Source of the DNA: Polyangiaceae bacterium
GTDB lineage: Bacteria > Myxococcota_A > Polyangia > Polyangiales > Polyangiaceae
DNA: 64,000 bases
Reading direction: 5' to 3'
Assembly (NCBI GenBank): GCA_033763455.1
Contig: JANRKO010000062.1
Location: forward strand, 1 to 64,000
The notes under the pieces are model-generated. The model did not search any database. It was not told the origin of the DNA and saw only the letters and a list, made by a program, of their open reading frames with translations. Positions 37,372 through 45,947 of the stretch are shown here, one piece after another (position 1 is the first letter of the stretch; the number at the start of each line of letters is the position of its first letter). The position numbers and the translations under genes were made by a program.

Positions 37372-38151
37372 TTGGGGAGGTGTCGGCCGCCGAAACGAAT
37401 GCATGTGGTGCAAGAAATACGCGGCCCAGCCCTCTTTGGGGTAGTCGAGATCAGGCAGGCCATACGCTTGGGGCTTTTGTGCCGGCAAATAAGCCGTCCC
37501 GAACATCCAATCCCAAATCGCTAACTTGGTACCAAAATTCAAACCGGGCGCCTTCGTTTCCCGGGCGTGGTGCCAGCGGTGCATCTCCGGACCGTTGATG
37601 ACGTATTGCAGAACGCCCGAACGCACGTTGATGTTTGAATGAATGTACATCCCCCAGACGGCATCTAGGACGCCTTTTGCCGCAATTACTTCAGGGGCCG
37701 CCCCTAACAAGACCATCGGGGCAAATTCGATCGTTTGGTTGATCAAGATTTCGAGCGCGTGGGAGCGTGCTCCAGAAAGCCAATCCACATCTTTTACAGA
37801 ATGGTGAGCTTCGTGGAGGCGCCAGAGAATGTCAGATTTGTGCTGCAGCCGGTGAAACCAATAAATATAAAAGTCGTGGATCACAAAGAAGAAGGCAAGC
37901 TGAGCCCAGAGCGGCCAAGCGCTCACGAACCCGCCGTCGAACCAGCTCACCTGCGCACGGATAGCCGCAATGATGCCCGCAATCACCACGCTCAATACAT
38001 AGCTCTGCGCTATTGCGTACAAGAAGAGATCTGTGCCGAGGCCTGGCCTTAGGAAACGCTGCCTCGGCTCATAGGGGGCAAGGCGCTCAAGCCCCACCAA
38101 AAGCGCTGCTCCAAGGATGATAATGCCGAAGGTGATGACGGTAGAGTTCAC
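37360..38151 (-). CDS. Sterol desaturase / fatty acid hydroxylase family protein
   Basis: YWFHRLQH, LHEAHHS, YIHSN, HRWHH, NFG...IWDWMFGT. Confidence 0.88.
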   Translation of the reverse strand: MNSTVITFGIIILGAALLVGLERLAPYEPRQRFLRPGLGTDLFLYAIAQSYVLSVVIAGIIAAIRAQVSWFDGGFVSAWPLWAQLAFFFVIHDFYIYWFHRLQHKSDILWRLHEAHHSVKDVDWLSGARSHALEILINQTIEFAPMVLLGAAPEVIAAKGVLDAVWGMYIHSNINVRSGVLQYVINGPEMHRWHHARETKAPGLNFGTKLAIWDWMFGTAYLPAQKPQAYGLPDLDYPKEGWAAYFLHHMHSFRRPTPPQSPL

Positions 38152-38163
38152 ACTTTACCCTTC

Positions 38164-39126
38164 TCAGACTTCGCTAGAAGCGATCCGCCGCAACTTCTCA
38201 CGGTAGGGAACTTCACTCGGGTAAACACGCTTGATGCCATCGCCGAAGGCTTTTTCGATGTCTCGCACCTGCGCTACCAGTCTCTGCAGACCACTCAGCT
38301 CTACGGACGCTGCATGGTCCGTTCCCCACATGGCGCGGTCCAGCGTGATGTGGCGCTCCACAAACGTGGCCCCCATGGCCACGGCGGCCCACGTGGGTGC
38401 GAGCCCTGTTTCGTGCCCCGAATACCCCACTGGGCAGTTGGGGTAACGAAGCTTCAGCGTCTGGATCATGCGCAAATTCAGCTCTTCTAGCGGGCAGGGG
38501 TACGTAGAGGTCGCGTGCGCGATCAGGAGCCCGTCCATGCCCAGTGTTTGTACGGCCGTGTGCACTTCAGCCGAGGTGGACATGCCCGTCGAGAGTATCG
38601 CAGGGCGACCTGTGGACTTGAGCTTTTGCAGAAGCTCCATGTCCGTAATCGAGGCTGACGCGATCTTGTAACATGGTGGTGCGAACTGTTCGATAAAGTC
38701 TACCGACTCGGCATCCCAGCAAGAGGCGAACCAATCAATGCCCTCCCGTCGGCAAAAGCGATCTATCTCTCGGTATTCGGCCTCGCCGAACTCGATGCGA
38801 CGCTTGTAGTCGATGTACTTCATCCGCCCCCACGGCGTATCTCGCATCATCTCCCATTGGCTCTTGGGTACGCAGATTTCGGGCGTTCTTTTTTGGAACT
38901 TCACCGCATCGCATCCCGCGCTCTTTGCGCCGGAAATAAGGCGTTTGGCGATATCGAGGTCGCCGTTGTGATTGATGCCGATCTCGGCGATAAGGTAGAC
39001 GGGCTCACCTTCACCCACATAGCGGTTGCCGATTTTTACCCGAGCCCGCCGGTCTCCGGTTTCAGGTAAACGCGTCATCAGCGTGGAGTGTCGGGTCATT
39101 TCGTCGAGCATTTGGTGCGTTGTCAT
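38164..39126 (-). CDS. N-acetylneuraminate synthase (NeuB/SpsE) family protein, apparently lacking the C-terminal SAF domain
   Basis: IAEIGINHNG, AVKFQKR, KIASAS, ILSTGM, STYP, GYSGHE, VERHITLDR...DHAAS. Confidence 0.9.
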   Translation of the reverse strand: MTTHQMLDEMTRHSTLMTRLPETGDRRARVKIGNRYVGEGEPVYLIAEIGINHNGDLDIAKRLISGAKSAGCDAVKFQKRTPEICVPKSQWEMMRDTPWGRMKYIDYKRRIEFGEAEYREIDRFCRREGIDWFASCWDAESVDFIEQFAPPCYKIASASITDMELLQKLKSTGRPAILSTGMSTSAEVHTAVQTLGMDGLLIAHATSTYPCPLEELNLRMIQTLKLRYPNCPVGYSGHETGLAPTWAAVAMGATFVERHITLDRAMWGTDHAASVELSGLQRLVAQVRDIEKAFGDGIKRVYPSEVPYREKLRRIASSEV

Positions 39127-39129
39127 GTT

Positions 39130-39654
39130 TCATGCCTCCTGTCGAACGGCTAAAATCCAATCCGCAAACTCACGAAAACAGCCCCCGCCGCCTTTGGCTG
39201 TCGTTACCTTGTGCGCCATATCCAGCACGCTCGCCACCGCGTCGTTGGGCGCTCCCGTGAGCCCCACCTCGCTCACGAGCGCCATCGCCCCAAAATCATT
39301 CACGTCGTCGCCGATGTAGGCCACTTCGTCGAGTCGGTAGTGCGCTCTGAGCAGTAGCTCAGGCAACGCACGGGCCTTGTCTTCGACGCCACGCCACACA
39401 TGTGAAAGCTTGAGCTTTTGTGACCTTCGGAGCGCAATTGGGCAATTTTCGCGGGTAAAGTAGGCTGTTTCGATGCCGGCTGAGCGCAGTAGCTCGGTAC
39501 CCATTCCGTCGCGGAGGCTGAATCGCTTCAGCTCCTCACCGCGTTCGCTGTAGTAAACCTGCGCAGGAGTGAGCACTCCATCGACATCACTTACAAGTAG
39601 CCGAATTCTGCGAGCGCGTTCGCCCAGTTGAGCTGACGGGAGCGTTCTCACCAT
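39130..39654 (-). CDS. KdsC/YrbI-type HAD phosphatase
   Basis: DVDGVLT, KRFSLRDG, AYIGDDVND, GGGGCFREF. Confidence 0.88.
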   Translation of the reverse strand: MVRTLPSAQLGERARRIRLLVSDVDGVLTPAQVYYSERGEELKRFSLRDGMGTELLRSAGIETAYFTRENCPIALRRSQKLKLSHVWRGVEDKARALPELLLRAHYRLDEVAYIGDDVNDFGAMALVSEVGLTGAPNDAVASVLDMAHKVTTAKGGGGCFREFADWILAVRQEA

Positions 39655-40463
39655 GCCGTCCAACCACCGTCCACTACCAAGTTGGCGCCGGTCATGTAGG
39701 CGGATTCATCGCTGGCGAGGAATACCAACGCGCCACGGTAGTCTGCTTTGTTCGCCATGCGCCCAAGCGGCACTCGGCTTGCGTATTCAGCTTGGAAATC
39801 AGCGTTCTGGCCGTTCGCCACACCACCGGGAGAAAGTGAGTTCGCACGCACCCCCGACCGCCCATAGTAGGCCGCGAGGTAGCGAGTGAGGTGTAAAAGG
39901 CCAGCTTTTGACACCGGATAGGCCGGTGATTTGAAAAAACGCTGTTGCCCTTGTTGATCGAGATAGAGATCTTGGTTGGGGGCGACGATTCCGTACGTGG
40001 AGGCGACGTTTATGATACTGCCGCTGCCACGGCGTACCATTGCTGGCGCGATACTTTGAGCACAAAGAAAGGCGCCCGTGAGGTTCACGCGCATCAGCCG
40101 CTCCCAGGACTCCAGCGGGTAGTTCTCGAAGCGGCTCTGCTCAAGCACGAGCTCGGGCGATTCCACCTTGTCGTCAACAGCGGCGTTGTTTACCAGCACG
40201 TCCACTCGGTCGAAGCGTGCCAACACTTCGCGCGTCATCTCGACAACAGATGCCCTGTTCCCAACGTCCACGCCTAAGCCAACAGCTCGGCCGCCAAATC
40301 GCTCCGCCAATTCACCGGCAAGGTTCCGGGCCGCGGCGCCATCCAAATCCGCAACAACAACGGTGGCTCCGTTTCCGAGTAGGGCTAAACAATGTTCTTT
40401 GCCAAGCAAACCGAGCGATCCGGTGACGATCGCGACCTTGTGCGTGAGATCGAACATGCTCAT
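39648..40463 (-). CDS. SDR family oxidoreductase
   Basis: VTGSLGLLG, LVNNAA, NVASTYG, YPVSK, VRANSLSPGG. Confidence 0.9.
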   Translation of the reverse strand: MSMFDLTHKVAIVTGSLGLLGKEHCLALLGNGATVVVADLDGAAARNLAGELAERFGGRAVGLGVDVGNRASVVEMTREVLARFDRVDVLVNNAAVDDKVESPELVLEQSRFENYPLESWERLMRVNLTGAFLCAQSIAPAMVRRGSGSIINVASTYGIVAPNQDLYLDQQGQQRFFKSPAYPVSKAGLLHLTRYLAAYYGRSGVRANSLSPGGVANGQNADFQAEYASRVPLGRMANKADYRGALVFLASDESAYMTGANLVVDGGWTAW

Positions 40464-40530
40464 GACGGACTCGTTATGAGTCAGACACTGCCGAACTACG
40501 GTGACAGAACGGCGAAGCTTACGCGACAGT

Positions 40531-41832
40531 TTATTGAGTTTTGCGGAAAACTGGTTGTACGGGTTTGCCTTGAATGTCGTTGCGCACGGTGTTCTTCCTA
40601 ATCGCTCGGCCGAGCACTGGAAGCGCGGCATCGTAGGCGGCGAGAATGCGCTCTACATCCGCTGTTTTGTGCGAAAAGCTCATGTTGTGGAAGCCGGTCC
40701 ACAAGACTCCGTGCCGGATGAGCTCTTGCTGTAAAAGCGACTTGGCAAGCAGTGGGTCGACGGCCTTTTCGTCGAACGTGACGAGTGTGCGACACGGGAG
40801 CCCGATACAGCGCGTAAATGGAAGCTCGTGCTTCTCCGCCAAGCGGTTGTAACCTTCCTGCAACATCGTCCCCATGTCTGCGAGGTGTTGGGGTACGCCC
40901 TTTTCTTCCAACTCCTCGAGCGTGGCTTTTGCCGCTGCCAAAGAAAGGGCCTCACCGCCAAAGGTGGTGTAGAAAAATACGTCATTTTCACACAACTTCA
41001 GCACATCTCGCCGTCCGCTGAGGACGCTCAAAGGCATCCCGTTGGCGACGGCCTTCGAGAAACAAGCCAAGTCGGCTCCCACGTCGAAGTAGGCCTGGGC
41101 TCCACCGAGCCCTAAGCGGAAGCCCGTCCACATCTCATCGAAGATAAGGAGCGTTCCGTTTTGTGTGCAAAGCTGGCGGAGCTCCTGCAAAAACGCGTTG
41201 CGCGGCTCCTCGAATAGCACGGGCTCAAGAATGATGGCCGCAAGGTCTTGGTCCAGAATAGACCGAACGGAAGAAAGATCGTTGTAGGTGAATTTGCGTG
41301 TGAGCGCTTGCACCTCGCTGGGCACTCCCAGGCTTCGCGGGGTCGTGCCGATGTACCAGTCGTGCCAACCGTGATAGCCCGAACACGCCACCACTTTTCT
41401 TCCGGTAAAGGCGCGCGCAAGCCTTACGGCCGCGCTGGTTACGTCGCAGCCTGTTTTGCTAAAACGTACCATTTCCGCCCCAGGAATATGGCCTTTTAGT
41501 TGCTCGGCCACCTCCACCTCCAGAGGATGTACGAGCGAGAAGGTAATCCCATCCTCAAGTTGACGGCGGATGGCATCGTCTACCTTGTCGTAGCAATAGC
41601 CCAGGGAAAGCGGGCCCACGGCCATCGTGAGGTCGATGAATTCGTTCCCATCAACATCCCAGACGCGACAGCCTTTGCCGCGACGTAGGAACTTGGGGGC
41701 CACGCCATCTACGTACTGCGTGGCTCCTTTGGCTAGGGTCTGCGTCGCTCCCGGGATCGCTGCGAGAGCGCGCGCGTACCAGGCATTGGATTCGGAAATT
41801 TTGGGCAGAGCGAGTTCGTCAGTTGGTGGCAT
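40531..41832 (-). CDS. Class III PLP aminotransferase (glutamate-1-semialdehyde aminomutase-like)
   Basis: VWDVDGNEFID, YHGWHDW, LIFDEMWTGFR, FSKAVANG. Confidence 0.9.
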   Translation of the reverse strand: MPPTDELALPKISESNAWYARALAAIPGATQTLAKGATQYVDGVAPKFLRRGKGCRVWDVDGNEFIDLTMAVGPLSLGYCYDKVDDAIRRQLEDGITFSLVHPLEVEVAEQLKGHIPGAEMVRFSKTGCDVTSAAVRLARAFTGRKVVACSGYHGWHDWYIGTTPRSLGVPSEVQALTRKFTYNDLSSVRSILDQDLAAIILEPVLFEEPRNAFLQELRQLCTQNGTLLIFDEMWTGFRLGLGGAQAYFDVGADLACFSKAVANGMPLSVLSGRRDVLKLCENDVFFYTTFGGEALSLAAAKATLEELEEKGVPQHLADMGTMLQEGYNRLAEKHELPFTRCIGLPCRTLVTFDEKAVDPLLAKSLLQQELIRHGVLWTGFHNMSFSHKTADVERILAAYDAALPVLGRAIRKNTVRNDIQGKPVQPVFRKTQ

Positions 41833-42637
41833 GGGGTAGTCCTGAGCTCGGTTGAGGGAGGTGGAGGGTTTTGAGTTCATGCAGGTGCTTCTGTTGCCAG
41901 CACACGCCAAGATGGGTTCGGTTGAGGGCCATGAGCTCGGGCTCTCTGCTCAGCAACTCTAAGATCTCCGGCAGCGAGAAGGCGGCCCCAAACCTCGGGA
42001 GGAGTCGCTCAAAAACAGCCCGAATGAATTGGTAGTCGGCTTCGTAATCCAAGACGAAGCGATGGGTGGCCGAGTAATCCCCACCCCCGGGGTAGAGCAC
42101 ATTACCGATCCGAAAGCGCTCGTTATTGTCCCAAATGAACGGAGTGGTGTGCTCACGCTCAAATGGCCTTTGCGCTTCTATCCACGCAGTCTTGAGCGCA
42201 TCCATCGTCATGATTTCCACGTCGTTGCCGTCTGGCCAACTCGGGGGCTGAAGGTTGCTGACGAAGTCGAAGTTGTCCTTGTTCTCCAGAAAGTAGCCAA
42301 GGACGTGATCCAGTGCGGCCGGATCTATGAGTGGACAGTCGGACGGGATCTTCACAACCACGTCAGCTCCAAACTGCAAGGCTGCGCGATAGTGACGATC
42401 CAAAAGATCGTTGGTGCTGCCGCGAAACACCAGAATGTTGCGCTCTTGGCACAGGCTCACGATGGCGGCATCTTCGGGTTCTGAAGTGGTTGCAACCACC
42501 AACTCGAACTGGCTTTTTGCGGCTCGAATGCGCTCTAACATTCGGACCAAGACTGGCTCTCCAAGGAGCGGCAACAGCACTTTTCCCGGCAAGCGTGATG
42601 ACCCAAGCCGAGCTTGAACAACAACGAGTGTTCTCAC
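41819..42637 (-). CDS. SpsF-like cytidylyltransferase
   Basis: QARLGSSRLPGKVL, RGSTNDLLDR, SDCPLID, REHTTPF, LDYEADY. Confidence 0.88.
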   Translation of the reverse strand: MRTLVVVQARLGSSRLPGKVLLPLLGEPVLVRMLERIRAAKSQFELVVATTSEPEDAAIVSLCQERNILVFRGSTNDLLDRHYRAALQFGADVVVKIPSDCPLIDPAALDHVLGYFLENKDNFDFVSNLQPPSWPDGNDVEIMTMDALKTAWIEAQRPFEREHTTPFIWDNNERFRIGNVLYPGGGDYSATHRFVLDYEADYQFIRAVFERLLPRFGAAFSLPEILELLSREPELMALNRTHLGVCWQQKHLHELKTLHLPQPSSGLPHATN

Positions 42638-43623
42638 GCCGCCACCTCGCCTCGCAAATCGGCCCGTTCGGTGGCTAGGAGTTCGCGGCAAACATCCGCA
42701 ATGCGCTTGGCGGCCTCACCGTTTTGCTCTGGCACGAGCTCCACCAACTCCTCCATGGGGTGGTACGAGTAGCACTCCTTTCCGAGTGCCAAGCCAACGA
42801 ACACCACCGAGGAATACTGGGTGATGAGAACTTCCGAGTTGGCAATCATGGCGTTGGTGTCGCCACTGTCGAAAACGAGTGCATCGGGCACCCAACGTTT
42901 AAGCTCGCGGGTTGCCCGCTGGGCATTTTCGTTGGGATGGAGCTTGAAAATTAGGGGGCGACCAGCGGCTTTTTCAACAGCCCAATCGACGAATTTACGG
43001 CGTTTGTCGAGCTTGAGGGTTTCCCGAGCGTCGGAAGTACACACCAGTGCATAACCACGATAGGGAAACTCATTGTTGAGGAAACGCGCGCAGTTGTCGA
43101 AGTTCGGTATGCCTGTCACGATAAGGCGATCTTCGGGAACGCCGCGCTCAGCGAAGTAGCGCTTATAGCCTGCGCTCGCCACGCAGAAGCGTGAGTAGGC
43201 ACGGCTCATCCCTGTCGTGATGGTCCCCGCAATCCATCGTGGAAGTACCGGGAATTTGCGCACCAAATCCCCTAATACGTTGTTCGGATCCAGGATCCCT
43301 TCCTGCACTAAAACGGTAGGCACCCCGCGAATGTTGTCTGGAATCACGATGTCCGAACACGTGAGCACCAGATCATACCGGCCTCGCCGCCCTCCAATAT
43401 CAAGGTTCAGGCCGTTCGCCTCAAGGTAATCTAGGCATCGGCGCGTCAGCTTGTTGCCCGCGATCGAGAACTCGCACAGCCTCGCTTTCTTGGCAAAGTC
43501 AAGGATGGGTCCGCCGTAGTAGGGAGTAAAATAGGCTTCTGCCTCCGGCAAAAAGCTCGAAATTTGATGCATTTGCGTGGTCTGGTTGAGGGAGCCACAG
43601 ATGTAGAGAACTCGCAGGGTCAT
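42634..43623 (-). CDS. Putative GT-B fold transferase (capsule/sialyltransferase or TagF-like)
   Basis: VLVQEG, VTGIPNFD, IFKLHPNE, LITQYSSV motifs and operon context. Confidence 0.55.
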   Translation of the reverse strand: MTLRVLYICGSLNQTTQMHQISSFLPEAEAYFTPYYGGPILDFAKKARLCEFSIAGNKLTRRCLDYLEANGLNLDIGGRRGRYDLVLTCSDIVIPDNIRGVPTVLVQEGILDPNNVLGDLVRKFPVLPRWIAGTITTGMSRAYSRFCVASAGYKRYFAERGVPEDRLIVTGIPNFDNCARFLNNEFPYRGYALVCTSDARETLKLDKRRKFVDWAVEKAAGRPLIFKLHPNENAQRATRELKRWVPDALVFDSGDTNAMIANSEVLITQYSSVVFVGLALGKECYSYHPMEELVELVPEQNGEAAKRIADVCRELLATERADLRGEVAA

Positions 43624-43631
43624 ACCGTGAT

Positions 43632-44678
43632 CTAGTTGGTTGTAAGTGTTGTGGGCGTTAAGTGGAAAGTGCGTGGGAGCGCAAAAAGGCCGTAGCCTAT
43701 ACTGGCCCAGAAGAGCTCTTTGCCGCGCTTCAGTAGGCTAAAGGCAGCAGCTGTTGAGACAGGATCGACCACCCCGAGTGCTCGGAAGAACGTAAAGTAC
43801 CCTAGGTCTTGGATGCCAAGCCCTGCCGGAACTACAACAATCAAGCTGCGCGCTAGGCTGAGGAGGACCTCGAAGCTCATCACCTCTGCCAAGCTCAACC
43901 GAGCGCCGAGAAGGCTCAAGATCACCCAGGTTTCCACCGATTCCATGGCCCACAAGAGGACAATTGGAGCCACCTGGGTGAGCCCCACCGGGCGATGGAA
44001 GAAGCGCTGTAGCGTGGCGTCAGTGGCAGAGAAGTGCGGTGACGCACGCAATAGGGTGCGCCGAAAGGCTTCGCTCGGGATCCGCAGCAACACTCTTAGG
44101 GTGAAGGTTGCAAGCGCGCCGCGGTTTAGACCGGAACCAAACACGATGGCCACCGTTCCGAGTGTGATGGCGGCCACCAGCGGAGCCCACTGTAAAGCGG
44201 TGGAATTGATTAGTTTTTGCGAAGCTTGTGCGAGCGCCTCATGACCTACAAGAAATGCGACCAAGAGAAACCACGCCTGCGATAGCGCGAGCAGGTACTT
44301 GCGCACCCCCACTGCCGCCACGCCGGCTGATACGGGAAGGCCTCCCCGTTGGAGCAAGGCAGCTGTGGCAGAATCACACACGAGTTGTCCGAACGGCAGA
44401 GTGAGCGAAAGCGCTTCCGTCTTCAGGCGGACACGCAAAAGCCCCACAAATGGCACCGCATGACCGAGACGAAGAATGGCGTTTCGCCAGCCCCAGGTCT
44501 CACTGCCGACTGCCAAGGCGTATGGGAGCAAAACGAGGGGGAGCGCCGCCGGATGGAGCCGCCCTAGCAGTGCGGTTACTTGATTGAGCTGGGCGTGGCG
44601 GAAAGTCCAGGCGAGCAATCCTAACGCTGCGACAACGCCAAGCGTTGCAAGAGTGCGCCGATGCTTTGCTCGACCCAT
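43632..44678 (-). CDS. Lysylphosphatidylglycerol synthase TM domain (UPF0104, flippase-like) protein
   Basis: Polytopic membrane protein with VPAGLGIQD and KRGKELFW motifs. Confidence 0.8.
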   Translation of the reverse strand: MGRAKHRRTLATLGVVAALGLLAWTFRHAQLNQVTALLGRLHPAALPLVLLPYALAVGSETWGWRNAILRLGHAVPFVGLLRVRLKTEALSLTLPFGQLVCDSATAALLQRGGLPVSAGVAAVGVRKYLLALSQAWFLLVAFLVGHEALAQASQKLINSTALQWAPLVAAITLGTVAIVFGSGLNRGALATFTLRVLLRIPSEAFRRTLLRASPHFSATDATLQRFFHRPVGLTQVAPIVLLWAMESVETWVILSLLGARLSLAEVMSFEVLLSLARSLIVVVPAGLGIQDLGYFTFFRALGVVDPVSTAAAFSLLKRGKELFWASIGYGLFALPRTFHLTPTTLTTN

Positions 44679-44808
44679 GATTGGGTGACCGTAGTGACGT
44701 CAGATGACAGTTCGGCGACGGTTTCATAACGTATTGGGCGCAGACAAAACATCGGGCGCCTGGGAGGCGGGGATTGACAGCTGTTGGCGAGCCCCACAAA
44801 AGCTCGGC

Positions 44809-45927
44809 ATGCACCAAGCTCGTGGCGTCTGGCTGTTTGGGATATCTTTCCTCTTTGCGGGTTGCGGGGACAAAGCAAGTCCACCCGTGAGCGACACGGC
44901 CTTAGGTGGAGCGACGAGTTCCGGCGGAGCTAGTGTGAGGGCCGGTGGAAGTGGTGGCGGGGGAGGCGCTGCGGGCGGTGCAAGCGCAGGAGGGAGTGTG
45001 GCGGCTGGAGGCACTGTCGCCGCTGCTGGCGCACTGAATCCTTCTGGAGGTAATGGTGGAGCGGGTGGAGCTGGGCAAGTCGCGTGCGTACGGGATCAAG
45101 ACTGTTTCGACGGAAACTTCTGTAACGGCGAGGAAGTCTGTTCTCCGGGTGCGCCGGGTACGGATGCGCGTGGGTGTAAGCCTGCGCTCGCAGGGCCTTG
45201 CGCTGGCGATACGCTCTGCGATGAGGCAACGTATCGCTGCGTGGGCGCTTGCCCTGTTGTAGGCGCGCAGCAGTCTCTTGTGCCCACAATTGCCTCAGAA
45301 TTTTCGCTGGCGCAGGAGTTTGGTTCAAACGTTTCGGTAGCGCTGGCGCCACTTGATGCAGACGGGGACGGCGCTGCGTGGGATGTGGACTGCGACGATA
45401 ACAACCCCAACCGTTACCCTGGAAATACGGAGGTGTGTGACCTTCAGAACGTGGACGAAGACTGCAACCCAGCCACCTTCGGTCTAATCGATCAAGACGG
45501 GGACGGTGCTATCTCCGCCTCGTGCTGCAACGCGCAGCCCTCTGGCGGCCCTCTGTGCGGTACCGATTGCGACGACTTGCATTCGAACGTCAAGCCAGGT
45601 GTCTTGGAAACCTGCAATCACGTCGACGACAATTGCGACGGAGTCGTCGACGATGGCGTCGGTCAAGTGGGCTATCGGGATCAGGATGGTGATGGTTTTG
45701 GAGACCCTGGCTGCACGCGGTCCGTTTGCGGGGTCGAGAACGGCTACGTTCTGAATGCGAATGACTGTGACGACACACGGCCAGCCATCGGTGTTGGCAG
45801 CCAGGTTTGCGCGCCAGATGGACAGGCGGTGTTGTTGTGCGCTTCTCCCGCCACTTTCTCGCGTCTACCGTGCCCCAAAGGCAAGGTTTGCGTCTCCCAG
45901 CCGGACGGCACCGGTCGGTGCGAGTAG
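44809..45927 (+). CDS. Cys/Asp-rich lipoprotein with MopE-like putative metal-binding repeats
   Basis: LFAGC lipobox; DADGDG...DCDD...YPGNTEVCD, ETCNHVDDNCDG, DQDGDGFG repeats. Confidence 0.8.
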   Translation: MHQARGVWLFGISFLFAGCGDKASPPVSDTALGGATSSGGASVRAGGSGGGGGAAGGASAGGSVAAGGTVAAAGALNPSGGNGGAGGAGQVACVRDQDCFDGNFCNGEEVCSPGAPGTDARGCKPALAGPCAGDTLCDEATYRCVGACPVVGAQQSLVPTIASEFSLAQEFGSNVSVALAPLDADGDGAAWDVDCDDNNPNRYPGNTEVCDLQNVDEDCNPATFGLIDQDGDGAISASCCNAQPSGGPLCGTDCDDLHSNVKPGVLETCNHVDDNCDGVVDDGVGQVGYRDQDGDGFGDPGCTRSVCGVENGYVLNANDCDDTRPAIGVGSQVCAPDGQAVLLCASPATFSRLPCPKGKVCVSQPDGTGRCE

Positions 45928-45947
45928 TTGGTGCGGGATCGCTCGCA

